This document shows, in pieces, positions 38,906 through 51,511 of a DNA stretch of 64,000 bases (within the stretch, counting starts at the first letter, position 1; every line of letters begins with the position of its first letter). Source of the DNA: Rhizaria sp. SCN 62-66 (Eukaryota); NCBI GenBank assembly GCA_001724265.1, contig MEDY01000183.1, positions 1 through 64,000 on the forward strand, read 5' to 3'. The notes beneath the pieces are model-generated. The model was given only the letters and a program-made list of their open reading frames with translations, made no database searches and was not told where the DNA came from. A program made the position numbers and the translations under genes.

Positions 38906-39263
38906 GAATACTGGCAATAACGCTGAGAGCGGCGACGATGACGACGACGACGGTGACGGCGACGACGGCGACAGTGTCACTAGGAGCGGCGGCAACGCGC
39001 TGGCGGTGTCCCTCGACGACGTGCTGTCCCACTTACCCAGCGTCGCGGAGGCGAAGTACTCCTCCCTGCTCGTCGACGCCGCGCTCAAGCCCTTTTATCG
39101 ATCCCGCACGGACAAGTTCTGGACGCGCGCCTCCTCGTGGCAGCGCCCGCTGACCGCGCAGACGCCCGCGGCCGCTGCGGCGGTTGCGGCGGCAGCGGTG
39201 GCGGCGGGTGTCGCGGCCGGGGCGGCGCCTGCGGGGCTCCACGCTGCGCAGCTGCCCAAGTAA
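32332..39263 (+). CDS. Large protein with N-myristoylation motif, BSD-like segment and degenerate Gfo/Idh/MocA oxidoreductase fold, ~2,275 aa; exons 32332-34138, 34243-39263
   Basis: Starts MGAEQS. A 104-nt phase-1 intron GTATGC..ACAG joins the two ORFs. BSD-like LDARLTKWLAKLVPARVSEKAFVANY (~34599-34676). Gfo motifs WGVIGTG, DPSVDCVLIATPPGTH, AAAAGKPCVVAAP, WFRDPSALGGG. Ends TAA. Confidence 0.8.
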
Positions 39264-39936
39264 GAATGCAGATTGATTGCTAGAGACACGACGCACAAGT
39301 GCGTGCACTTCTGATTAGGATTGTTTTTATCATAGTTATATTATTTCTCCATGGCTAAATACACAACATACGACTCAATTTCAAGTTGGGATGACCGGCG
39401 TATCGATAGAAGCTTACTTTTTCCTTTTGGACGCGGCACGATTTGTTGTGAGGATTCCAGATCAATTCACGCCGATTTTTTTGCAGCATTGTTCCCGTCT
39501 TAATTCATCGATCGATACGAGATATAAGCAAAGTCTACCAAAGATCAAGCCATGAAACTGCCATTTCTTTTTAAGCAATCCAGTTGAACCCACTATTGAA
39601 CTGGCATTGACGGAGCGCAATCGTTGCAAGCAACGATCCCCAGAGCCAGTCCAGGCGCGTGGCAGATATAACTGGATTGTTTGCCATCTTTAAGCGTAGC
39701 TTCACATTCGGCGATTTATGTTAACTTCAACTGATCATGAAGTATATATTGACGTTGAGTTATTATATTTGCGCTTGCTAGGTACACGTGTTCCGCCTCA
39801 GTTTGATGTCCGATCAGTCAAGCATCCCCGCGCGCGCACAGGCTCACTCACACATTTCCATCATCCGTACTTCCAACTGCACGTCACCCCCGCATAGCGT
39901 TTGCCTATTCTACGCACGCGCACGCGCTCTGCAGCC

Positions 39937-42900
39937 ATGCGAGCTCTTTTCTCTTTTATTGCACTTGCATGCGCCTGTGCCTTCGCCACGGCCATCGATG
40001 ACGATGTCACGAAGTTCGTCTTCACGCTCGTACCACCCGCGCGCGCCGCCGAGCTGCGCCGGGACGCTCTTTCACTCACCTTCCAGTGGTCGACCTTCAC
40101 CGCCGGCCCCCACTCCTAGACTGAGACTGACGCCTTCGTGTTCCTGCTGTCTTCTGAAGAGCTGGCGTGGCTCTCCCCGCCGTCGTCGTCATCCGCGTCC
40201 CGCACGGTTGCCGCGGTGGCTCGGGACGCAAGCGACCTCGCCGCGCTGCCCGAGCTGCCGACGCTGCCGCTGACCGCGCGCCTTGACTTGGACGCTAGTG
40301 CGCTCGTCGTGTCGCCCGGCGACGGCGCGGAGCTGCGCGGCGACGTGCTGGTCGAGCTCACCGTCGCCGGCTTCGCGCCCGCCGAGCTCTGCAACGTCAC
40401 CATCGACCCATTAACCGGCGCGACGAGCACCAAGAGCGTTACGCACACCTTCACCGTCGCCGTCGCCGGCAACTTCATGCTGGCCGAGGTAGCGCCCGAC
40501 GCGCCCGCGGCCGACGCGGACAAGATCGCGGTTACCCAGGCGCCGTGCGCGGCCGAGTGGGTCTGCGGCCCCAACAGCGCGCACTGCGACGCGGCCGACG
40601 AGTCGCACTTCCTGCCCCAATGCCCGACCGACTGCGGCGCCGCGGCGCGCGCGCCCAACGCCACCTGCGCGTACACTGCGTTCGGCGAGTTCGTCGCCGC
40701 TTCGGGCGACGCCGCGCTCTGCGGGTCCGCGCCTGATATGTCTTTCCCGTGCAGCGACTACACGTGCCCCGACGCGGTGTGGGTCTGCCGGCCCCTGAAC
40801 AGCGCCGAAGACGTGCCGTATGTGCTCTGCGGCAGCGGCAACAACACCGACACCGCTGACCCGACGCTCTACGCCCCGTTTGACTCGTTAGCGGCGACCG
40901 ACAACAGCACTGACGCCGACGCGGGCGGCTTCGAGCCGTGCCCTAACGACGACTCCGCGTGCGCGTTCGGCCCACTGCGGCTGCGTGAGGCCGCCTGCGC
41001 CAAGAGCGCGGCCGAGCCCGACGTGCTGCTGGGCGAGCGCTGTCCGCTCGCGCTGCTCGAGGCGCCGCCCGCGCTGGAGCTGCAGTGCGCGGACACGCTG
41101 GGCGCGTGTGGCGTGCGCGCGGTGGCCGGCGCCGAGTGCCGCGTCGCCAGCTCGGGCGCCGAGGCGCGCTGCCTGGTCCCGGACGCGTCCGTGGTGCGCG
41201 ACGCCGTCTGCGTCGACACCAAGGTGGAGAGCGAGAGCGAGGGCGCGGCGCTGGTGAGCTCCGAGCTGTGCGCGCTCGCCGGCGTGCCACTGGTGGCCGA
41301 GTGCACCGACCTGCCCCCGAGCTGCGACACCCCGCTGTTGTGGGCCGCCACGCCGCACGACGCGTGCGTGGGCCGCGGAGATGTCCGCTTCTGCGAGACG
41401 GTGCGCCTCGTCACCGTGAAGTGCGCGTACAACGCCGCTACCTCCACCACGATCGTCTCTGCGGGCGGCAGCGGCGAGGAGCTCGTGCCCGTGGCCGACT
41501 ACCTCTGCGCGGACCTGCCCGACCGCCCCGCGGACTACGAGTCCTGCGCGCCGGCGCCCGTCTCCTGCGACGCTACGTTCGGCGCGTGCACGGCAGCCGA
41601 ACCCGTCACCGTGGGCGGCGTCGCGCGGCTCGGGCTCGCGCGATCGTGTGAGTGCGTGGCGGGCGCGTACGGCGACGACTGCGCGCGCAAGGTTGAAGTC
41701 GACGACGTGGAGGTCGTCGCTGTTGCGGGGCTCGAGGGCGAGGACAAGGGGAATGTGTACGCTGTGATCTGGGAGGCTGAGTTTGACGATGATGACGATG
41801 ATGACGACGACGATGATGATGATGATGATGACGATGACAAGAAGACGCTTCAGGCACTCACGCCTGAGTCTCTTGCCAGCGCCGTCTACCTCAACGCTGG
41901 CGTCAACACCAAGTCCAAGAAGTCCACGAAGAAGAGCAAGAGGGCTTCTAGGGCGAGCAAGAAGTCATCGCTTATGACGGCTAAGAAGACCACTCTCGCT
42001 GTAACCGCAAACCCCATCAAGGACTCTGCCGCCGACTCCGTGAACCCGGACGTCACGATCACCCTGACGCACACCGCGACCCAGATCAAGACCGTGATCA
42101 CTGCGGGCGTTTCCGTGCCTTTCCGCGCCCAGCGCTTCGAGTTCTCGTCGGTGGCGCACTCACTGGTGCCCGGTGACTACACCGCCGAGGTCGCCGTCAA
42201 CGCGCTGCTGCGCGAGCCCTCCAAGGCCTTCGCCGTGGCGCCGCAGTGCAGCGCGGGTCAGTGCGCGCGCGACGCCGCCTGCGACGCCAAGACGGGCTTC
42301 TGCGCCTGCCCCGGCGCCTGGGGCGGCCGCTTCTGCACCGTCGACCCCTGCGACACTGCGCGTTGCAGCCAGGCCGGCACCGTGCCTGCCGAGCGCTGCA
42401 CCGTGGTGAAGGACCACGCCGTGTGCAACTGCCTCACCGCGGCCGACGGCAGCGCGCTTTTCTCTGACGCCCGCTGCGTGACTCCGATTGTGCAGTGCCC
42501 CGACGTCCCGTGCGCGCACGGCGGTGTGCCCTCGGCGACCGTCACCACCTCCACGGACGGCAGCGGTGCTGAGGTGACCACGGTCACGTGCTCCGGCGCT
42601 TGCGAGTGCCCCGCCGCGTCGCTCTACACAGGCCCGCTGTGCGACGCGTGCGCCGCGCCATGCGAGCCCGACGGCGTGGCCTCCGGCGCCGCGTCTGCGG
42701 CGTGCGGCGCGTGCGTCTGCCGCGCGGGCCACTCGGGCGCCACGTGCGCGTGCCGGCACGCGACCGTGCGGCTTGTGTTCCCGCCCTCCGCGGTCATCAA
42801 CTGGTTCTTCAACGCGTCCGAGCCCCTGCACGCCGAGCGCGGCGCGCGGTTTGCGGCGCAGCTGGCCGCGGACGTGGGCGCGCTTCTGGGCGACTCCACC

Positions 42901-43632
42901 GTCACCGTGACCGCAGGCGCGATGCGCGAGGCCCTGATCAGCAAGACGGACCGCGTTGCACTCGTCACGCTCCGCGTCGGCCCGCAGTGCAATGCTGACG
43001 CCGCCAGCAACGCCGCTACCAGTGCGTCGCTCTTCGCGACGGTCGTCGCCTCTGCCTCTGCGACGACAATGCCCGCCAGTCAGTACAGCGCTCGCGAGTC
43101 GTTTAGCGCGCTCGCCGTCGCGGACATGACCGCGACTTACGCCGCCCTGCAGAGCTTCGTCGCCGCCGTGGCCGCGGACCCCTCTGGCGCGACTCTCGGC
43201 AGCGCGCTGTCCGCCGCCACGGCTTCTAACGTCGGCATCGAGGATGAGGGCTGCGTGGGCTCCGCTGCGGCGGCGGACTGCGCAGCCTCGATCCCCGCTG
43301 GCACCGGCACGGGCTCTGTGACCGAGTACGTGCCGCCCGACACCGACGACGACGACGGCGACGACGACAAGGATGACCATGACGGTGGCAGCAGCAGCGG
43401 CGGTTTGAGCGACGCCGGCAAGATTGCGCTGGGCGTGGTACTTGGCGTCGGCGGCGCGCTGCTAATTGCCGTTGTGGTCCTGGCCTACTGCATGCGGTGG
43501 TGGTGCTTCGGCGACGGCGGCTGCGCTGCTTGCTGCAAGCCTAAGAGCGGCGGCGGCGACAGGAACTACGCGAATGCCAGCGACGACCTTGAGCTGGTCA
43601 CCACGGGCGGCAACAGCACGTACGAGCTTTAA
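39937..43632 (+). CDS. Cys-rich EGF-like type I transmembrane surface protein, ~1,231 aa; in-frame TAG at 40117-40119
   Basis: Signal peptide MRALFSFIALACACAFATA is in the same frame as the downstream 1,164-codon ORF. EGF/laminin-like repeats (CDAKTGFCACPGAWGGRFC, CECPAASLYTGPLC, CVCRAGHSGATC), one TM segment IALGVVLGVGGALLIAVVVLAY, short tail. Ends TAA. Confidence 0.82.
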
Positions 43633-44531
43633 GCGCTGCGACATATTTCTGCTGAACGATTTTTTTAAAATGTGATTTGTACGATTTGATTTGTACATGT
43701 ACGTCTAATCTATTTTGTTTGATGCCGTGCATTCATTGCATGCGACACAACGGACCTTTAGTTTCATTCATTTTTCCGAAAGCATGTGTAACTCTTTTGA
43801 TTTTGGCCAGTCCATCTTCGCGAATGTGCTCTATGTTTATGCTTCTCGTATATGCATCTGCTTCAGCGAGGCCACTTGCTCCACCCATCTCCACTGTAGC
43901 AGAGCAACACACGTGCCGAACTAGCCATGATTTTTTTCTTCCCCTTAATATTTAAGCTGCAAACGCAAGAAGCTGTAGATTGGGCGTTCTACGTTTGCCA
44001 ATAGTCACAACACATGTTGGGAGTTATCTGCAGATATGCAATACTGTTACGCCCCCTTAGGCTCGCTTCTTGGCTTGTAGCTCTGGGTCGTGCACTGCAT
44101 TGACGCATTTCTGTGTAACGCTGAATGATTTACTGATCAAAGATTGTATGAGCAAATCCAATATAAATATCACTAATTAATGAACTTCATCCCAATTGTA
44201 GTTTTGTTGTTTAAATCGAGCTGGCATATGCTTACATAATGTGCGCTTTTCTTTACGAGGAATTAAACTAGATACTATTGTCAGTGCTCGTTTGCAAGCT
44301 GGCAATAGGCTCTTGTTTCAATACGTACATATAATATGAAATATAATAAGTAATCGAATTCACTTGCTACTGTATATCACGCCGTAAGTCATGCAGTACT
44401 TAAAATTGAATGAACAAGGTTGTGATAAACTCATGGCCCACATTCAGTCTCCGGAGAATAGTCAATCAAACACGGAGCCTCTAACTCTCACCGCACCAGA
44501 ACGCAGGAGATTCCACGCTGCCACAGCGCTC

Positions 44532-45417
44532 TCAGTTGATGACGATGCTGGAGACGGCGACATGGGGCCCGTAGCCGTTCTCAAACTCGATCTTGACGAA
44601 CTTGGTCGTGGTGGAGGGAAACGTGATCACCGTCTCCTGCAGGCTCGGCGTCAGGCCCAGCACGCCCGCGCCCGCGCCCGCGGTGACGGCCGTGGCGGGC
44701 ATCGCAGCCTTGCCCGCGGCGGCCGCGGGCACCTCGGTCGCAGGACCCGGGGCCGAGGCGACAGAGGCGGCAATCTGGGAGAAGGTGTTGTACAGACCGC
44801 GCTCGCTGGTATGCACCGTAATAGACCTATATCGCAACAAATCATAGTAAATGCAACGTAAAGATACAACATATGAAGATGTGAGTTTAAATAAAGTGCA
44901 ATATAGCTTTGCTTTGCGGAGGAGATGCTGGGCAGTTCGCTCGACGTACTTGGCGCCGATGGAGGTGATGGCGACGGAGGAAACCGCGCGGCGGGGCTGC
45001 ACAAGCACAATGGACTGAGGGTAAAGTCCCGTGGTCAGCCAGAATGTCGACTTGTCGCTGTAGATGTGTTGCAAGGGCAAGTCGTGAGTGGACAGAGAAG
45101 AGAGCTCGACGTTGATGAGAAGATTCGAAAGGATCATTCGTATTAAAGCAACACATAGAGAAACACCATAGCAATATTTGAAAAAATAAGCGGTAGGATA
45201 TGACAACGAAGCATGTAACATTGCAAGTAAGGCTGTTTCAGTCGTAGCATTTGATGATTTGAGTGCAGAGTTTAGTGTCCGTTGTAACGCGTGTGTGTTG
45301 GAACGGGGACAAACGCAGGGTGCAGGGGACGTACCCATCGAGGACGTTGGTCGGCGGGTGGTCGATGTTGTTTGAGGTAGAGAAAGACACCTCCGTCGTG
45401 AGCTCAGTCTCGTCCAT
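44532..45417 (-). CDS. IFT25: Intraflagellar transport protein 25 (HSPB11-like), ~161 aa; exons 45417-45335, 45057-44950, 44826-44532
   Basis: Spliced product MDETELTTEVSFSTSNNIDHPPTNVLDG-DKSTFWLTTGLYPQSIVL..K-SITVHTS..FVKIEFENGYGPHVAVSSI matches the IFT25 pattern HPP.N..DG...TFW.TTG..PQ. Both GTACGT..AG introns join in frame. Ends TGA. Confidence 0.85.
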
Positions 45418-45954
45418 CGTTGCGGATGCGGCGGCGGCGCTGGGTGCTATGGGCAGGAGGGAAACGGTTCGAACAGAAAGGCAACGCAGATAAGAAATGA
45501 GAGCGGATTCAGCAAGCGCAACACACGCAGAGATCACAATTTAAAGTGAATACACAAACAAACACAAAAAATCCCAGAGGTGCATAAGCAGCAAATCCTA
45601 CGTTCAAATGGTCGCATGTAAGGTGGATTTAGGTTTGAACTTAAACCCGACAAGAAGCTCACGGTCTCCTGTCACAGCCGCTGATCAAGCCGACAAATCG
45701 TCTCTACACCACATGCCCTTGTCCGTCAACGACTTATTGAAGAGGTGTATATGGACTGACTAGTACCTATCCTTTTTGATTTCTTTTTATACGCCACTTA
45801 CACTCACAATCTCCGCACTGCATCCCCTTTCTCTCCCCGTCGACGTATCCAGTCACCGACCTCTTCACACCCAGCTCCTTCCAACCACCCAGACCCATTT
45901 TAACTCGAATCTTTGACCGCCCCGCGCGCGCCGCTACCGCTCGCACCCCGCGCT

Positions 45955-48900
45955 ATGTCTTTCCTCTTCCGTCGCGGGAATAAGGACTCCAAGGACGCCG
46001 CTGCTGCTGCTCCTAGTGCAAGCGCTGCTGCACCTGGCGCGGCCGCGGCCCCGTTCGACCCGCACCAGGACGACGACGTGGACGCGCCGCTCCTGCCCGA
46101 CAACGTGGTGTCGCCCGTGGTGGCCCACGACCAGGTCTCGCGCCACCGCGCGTCTTTCTCGCTGCCGAGCCACCCGTACCCATTCTCGCCCTCCAGCGCC
46201 AGCTCGAATCTTGCTGCCGCCGCGAACCCGAGCGGTGGCAGCGCCGGCAACGCGCACGCCACGCCGCAGCAGCACACGGCGGCTGGCGCGTACGCCGCGA
46301 TGGCCTCGGGGGGCCTGCCGCCGCCGCCTGGCACGTCGCAAACGCAGAGCAACAGCAGCAGCCTCGCTCAAAACCAGGGCCAGGGCCAGCGCACCAGCAG
46401 CGGCAGCGTGTACGGCCGCGGCAGCATCAGCACGCCCACCGCCGCTGCCGGTGCCGCCGGCGGACACTACACCCCGCGGTCAAGCATCAGCTCTCCGAGC
46501 CCTGCCTACCCCCAGAACTACGGCAACAGCAACAATGCCAGCATCTACAACGGCACCGGCGCGTTCGCCACGGCGACCCCGTACTTTTCGCAGGCGCAGG
46601 CGCTGGCGTCCCCGGCTGCCGCGCTGGCGGGCGGCGCGGGGGGCTCGGTGGGCGCCGTTACGGGCGGCGGTCACGCGCTGGCGTCTCTGCCCAACGTCCG
46701 CGTCGGTGGCTACCTCATGAAGCAGGGACACACGTTCAAGGTTTGGCGCCGGCGGTTCTTCCTGTTCAACCAGGACCGACTCGAGTACCGCACGTCGCCG
46801 TCGGCCGCACAGCTGCAGGGCATGATCCCTCTGCGCCGCTTCCGGCTCGAGACGTACCCCAACCTGCCAGAGTCCAAGGCGCTCGACATCGTCACACCAG
46901 GTACGCTTATTCACGACTAGCTTCATTGATGTGGACTTAGTCCGATGGATTTCTTTTTTTATCCGCTAATTTCCAACTTGCTATCAATAATATGTCGATC
47001 TCACCTTTTTTCTTTTGTTTTCTTTCCCAAATTCACCCCAGGCCGCACTTACTGCCTGCGCGCCGAGACGCTCCAGTCGAAGCTCAACTGGGTGGCCGAG
47101 CTCTCTGCGATCCAGCAGCGCATGGCCTCGCAACGCCTGCCCACCCTCTCGGCCGCCGGGCTCGCCGCCGCTGCCGGCGCCGCCGACGGCGCGGGCTCGG
47201 CCGGCGCGGGCGCCGCGGGCGCTGGCTCCGGCGCGGGCGCCGCGGGCATGTCCGGCGGCCCCGGCGCGGGCCCCGGCGGCGCGGCGGGCGGCGGCGCGCT
47301 GACCGAAGCGACGGCGGGCGCCTTCTTCCTCCCCGAGCAGTGCTGCGTGCAGTGCGGCGTGTGCGCGACGCCCTTCTCGCTCACGCGCCGTCGCCGCTAC
47401 TGCTACGCCTGCGGCTTCGCCTACTGCTCCAACTCCGGCTGCTATGACCGCAACACGCGTCTCTGCGGCGTCTGCGTCGGCGACCCGGCCGCAATCGCGC
47501 AGTCGATCCGCGCGCTGGGCGGCCCCGTCGTCGGCGCGGGCGTCACGCTCAACCGAGCCGTCTTCGCCGCAGCCGCCGCGGCCTCGGCAGCCGCCGCAGC
47601 CGTCGACGCGGACGCCGCCGCCGCGCTCGCCGCGGCGCCCGGCGCCGGCCTAGGCGCTGGCGCCGGCGCTGCGGGACTCGCTGGCGCGAGCTGCGGCGGC
47701 GTGACGTCGAGCGGCGAGGCCGCGGCGGCGGCAGCGGCGGCGGCGGCGCGGCGGCTGGGCGTGCGCGAGCAGTGGTCACACGCCTTCGCCTCCGAGGACG
47801 CGGCGTCGCTGCCGCCCGGCGCGGAGGAGTCGGCGCTGGCGCATCTCAGCGTGCGCGTGGTCGAGGCGCGCGATCTGCGCGTGTCGATGCCGGTGCGCCT
47901 GCGCATGCGGACGGCGTTGCAAAACCCCTACGGTAGCGCGCACCCAATGGCGGAACAGCGACACAGCAGCGGCGGCGGCGGCGGTAATTACTCAGAGGAC
48001 GACTTTGACAACAGTCTCAACTCGTCTAGTGGCGGGGACCACGCCAATTTTGCCGGAAATGCAAGCGGAAACAGCAACAACAGCACTGTCACGCCGCTGC
48101 TGGCGTCGCCCGCGGCACCGTCGCCCTACGCAGTGCTGTTCCTCTGCGACCAGCTCTCGCGCACGGCCACAGTGCCCAGCACGCACGACCCGTACTGGGA
48201 CGAGCACTACGTGCTACGCGTGACCGAGGTCGAGGCCAACTCGGCGCTGCAGCTGGCCATCTTCGACGAGGCGGCGAGCCCGCAGGCCGCGTTCCTGGGC
48301 ATGGCGTACATTCCGCTCTCGATGGTCGAGGCCGACGTCGTCGTCGACCGCTGGGTGCTGTTGCGCGGCCGCCCGGGCACCGAGAAGGCCAGCGCCAGCG
48401 CCGCGAGCAGCAGCAGTAGCGGCGGCGGGAAGGCGGACCCGGAGGCTGCGGCGGCCGCGGCTGCTGCTGCGGCGGCGGCGGCTGTGGAGGCCGAGGACGA
48501 GACGAGCTACCTCATCTCCCCGCCCGCGTACGCGCCCGTGCCCGGCACCGTCGAGGGCTCCACGCTGCCCAACGTCAACGCCAACATCGGCGGCGGCGGC
48601 GGCGGCGGCGCTGGCGCGAGCCCAATGCCAGACTCCGCCGCTGCGGCCGCTGCCACTGCCGGCGCTGGCGCGGTGTCAGTGAGCTCGAGCAGCAGCGCGG
48701 GCAGCGGCGGCGGTGGGGGCGGCGGCGCCAGCGCCGGCAAGAAGGAGGCCGACTGGCCTGTGACTGGCGCCGTGCGCATCCAGCTAGTGTACTCGTTCTC
48801 GCCGACGGCGCTGTTCGACTACGACAGCGCGCAGACGGCTAACACGGCGGGCGCGGCCGCCAACAACGCGCTCAGCCGCCGCGCCTTCGCGCTCAACGTG

Positions 48901-50649
48901 CGCCGCGCGCAACGTATCCTCGGCAACCTGAACATCGACGGGATCCGCGACAAGTACCACGCGATCCTGATGTGGCGCTCGCCCTACACGTCCGTGTCGG
49001 TGCTTGCGCTCTACGTCTTCACCGTGCTCTTCTTCCCCGTGTGGCTGCTGCCGCCGCTGCTGCCGCTGCTGCTGTTGCTCTTCTTGGCGGCCGGCTACGT
49101 TAACGCGACGCTCAAGCCCGACACGCTGCCGCTGCTCGGCCGTGTGCCGTGGGTAGACCCCGTCAGCGGGGCCGTGCAGCGCCGCGCGCTGTGGTCCTGG
49201 GAGCAGCAGGAGCAGGCAGAGGCCGACGCGGCGTTTGCGGCCAAGCAGCAGCTGCAGCTGCAGCAGGAGCAGGAGCAGCGCCAGCGGCTGCAGCAGCAGC
49301 AGCAGCTCTCGGAGATCGGCCCCGACGGTGTCAACGTGCACATGATGGCGATGATCAACAAACACCGCTCCCGGTTACAGCAGCAGCAGCAGCAGCAGCG
49401 GCAGGGGCAGGGCGGCAATCTCGACCCCCGCAACCAGTCCGGCGGCGACCACAACGACTACTACTACGCCAACAACGCCATCAACGCGGCCAACGCCAAT
49501 TCTAACGCCAGCGGTTGCGGCAGCGGCAGCGGCAGCAACGCGGCCAACTTCTCCCCGGCTACGCCGTACAGCAACCTCGGCGGCGGCGGTAGCCCGATGG
49601 TGGGCGGGGGCACGCTGGTGGGCGTGGCCGAGGCCGAGGCGGAGGCCGTGGTGGCGGCGCTGGAGCGCGCACAGAGGCCAGATGGGTACGTGGACCCCGC
49701 GGCGCTGGACGCGGACGGCAGCGACGACGGCGGCGACGGCGACGGCTACGGCGACGCCCGGGGCCGCGGTAGCCACCGCGACCGTGAGCCTGGGGCTGAA
49801 CACGGGCTCGACCAAGAGGAGGATGACGGCGACAACGAGCACGACACCGCCCGCGGTGACGACGACGATGAGGAGGAGGAGCACGAGGGCCACACGGCGC
49901 GCGCGGTTGACGGCGAGGGCCGGAGCCGGAGCCAAAGCAAGAGCACGAGCCAGAGCCAGAGCAAGAGCCAGGGCCAGCGGCGCCGATACTCCAATTCACG
50001 AAACAACTCGACCTCTGTCTCGCGATCCTCGTCTAAGTACTCGCAGTCCAAGTACCCCTCGGACGGGTCCGAGCTGGAGCCCACGTACCCCTACGCAACG
50101 CTGCACCCGCCCGCCAACGCGCCGCCCGTGCCGCTGGTGCCCCCATCCGATTACTATGCGCGCAAGTACGACGCCGACGCCGCGCCCGTAGCGCCCGGTG
50201 CAGGCGCCGCTAGCGCGGGGTCCGCCTCGGGGTCGGGCGCGGCGACGTCAGCGTCGTCCGCGCAGGCGCAGGTGCAGGTCCAGAACCCTGGGCTTGTGGC
50301 GCAGGCGCGGCGCTTCCAGCGCGCGCTGGGCGACGTGCAGGCGCGGCTGGGCGACATCTGTACGCTTTTCGAGCAGCTCGAGGCGCTGCTGTCGTGGCAG
50401 GACCCGCGGCGCTCGCGTCTGCTGCTGCAGGTCGCGCTGGTGGCCTCGCTCGCGCTGCTCATCGTCCCCACGCGGCTGCTGCTCGTCGCCGTCGGGATCG
50501 TCGAGTTCACGGCCTTCTTCCGGCGCCCGCACGGCCCGCGCGCAGTGCACTGGTCGCTGTCCGAGCGCTTCGTCTTCTCCGTGCAGCCGCGCGTCGCCAC
50601 CGCGCTCACCAAGGCCTCGTTACACCCCTACCTCGTGCCCAAAAAGTGA
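45955..50649 (+). CDS. PH + FYVE-like zinc finger + C2 + MCTP-like (PRT_C) membrane region protein, ~1,517 aa; exons 45955-46900, 47042-50649
   Basis: PH domain GYLMKQGHTFKVWRRRFF..RTYCLRAET....NWV completed across the GTACGC..CCAG intron. 8-Cys finger CGVCATPFSLTRRRRYCYACGFAYC..C..LCGVC. C2 LSVRVVEARDL..PYAVL..DPYWDE..FLG..IPL. MCTP-like ILMWRSPYTS + TM and EQLEALLSWQDPRRS + TM. Ends TGA. Confidence 0.85.
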
Positions 50650-50944
50650 AGGATGGGTTCCTAGCACAGCACAGCTAGCAAAAGCATTCGTGTGAGGTAG
50701 CCGGATGATGTGGATGGTTTGTATAGTAGCACTCGTTCGAACTTTGTTTATTTCCAAATGTATACCAATAACACGATAATATTTAAGTCACCGTAATACA
50801 CACATTTTATAGTGTTAGTTAGACATCAATTCACAACTGGCCTTTTTGTGACCGGCTAGTCGATCGTTTTCGGACAAACTTTGACTCTGTTTAAACTCAA
50901 ATGCTGGTGGCAGCATATTACAGTACGGGCCTGTGCCGATCTGC

Positions 50945-50973
50945 CTCACGCGTCGACGGCTCACGCGTCGACG
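50945..50973. repeat. Tandem duplication (14-bp identical core, 15-bp period) copying the WDR5 stop codon
   Basis: ctcacgcgtcgacg at 50945-50958 and 50960-50973. On the minus strand each copy encodes V-D-A followed by TGA. Confidence 0.85.
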
Positions 50974-51465
50974 ACCCATACCCTGACTGCGGCGTCCCTC
51001 TCCATGCCGCCCGTGGCGAAGACGCGCCGGTTGGGGTGCACACCCAGCGCGAGCACCGAGTCGCCCTGCGCGTGCAGCCGCCGCACCAGCACCTGCGAGT
51101 GCAGGTCCCAGGCCACGACGCCGCCGTCCTCGCTCGAGCACAGCAGCAGCGTGCGCGCGGGGGCCGCGCAGTCGCGGTCGGGGATGCGCACGTCCACCGC
51201 CGCCACCGCCGCCACCGCCGCAGCGGCAGCAGGCGCAGGCGCAGCCGATGGAGCCGCCGCTTCATCGGTCATAGCACTTCCAGCAGCAGCGGCGGCAACG
51301 ATCGAAGCAGCAGTAGTCCCAGTAGCAGAGACAGGGGGACTGGCGCTAGAGCTGGCGATCGGTGCAAAGCCGGAGCTCGAGCTCAGCGCGAGGTGAGTCT
51401 GAGCCGCGTTGCTCTTGCTGTTGGAGCTGGAACTGACGCGGCTGAGGCTGGCACTGCCAATAACA

Positions 51466-51511
<46 letters not shown>

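Noticed and set aside
39920-39939. AG acceptors just upstream of start codons (RPL32, RNASEH2A, 39937) as trans-splicing sites
   Set aside because: Plausible cis donors lie ~110-150 nt upstream (352, 31910, 39782), so ordinary 5'-UTR introns suffice.
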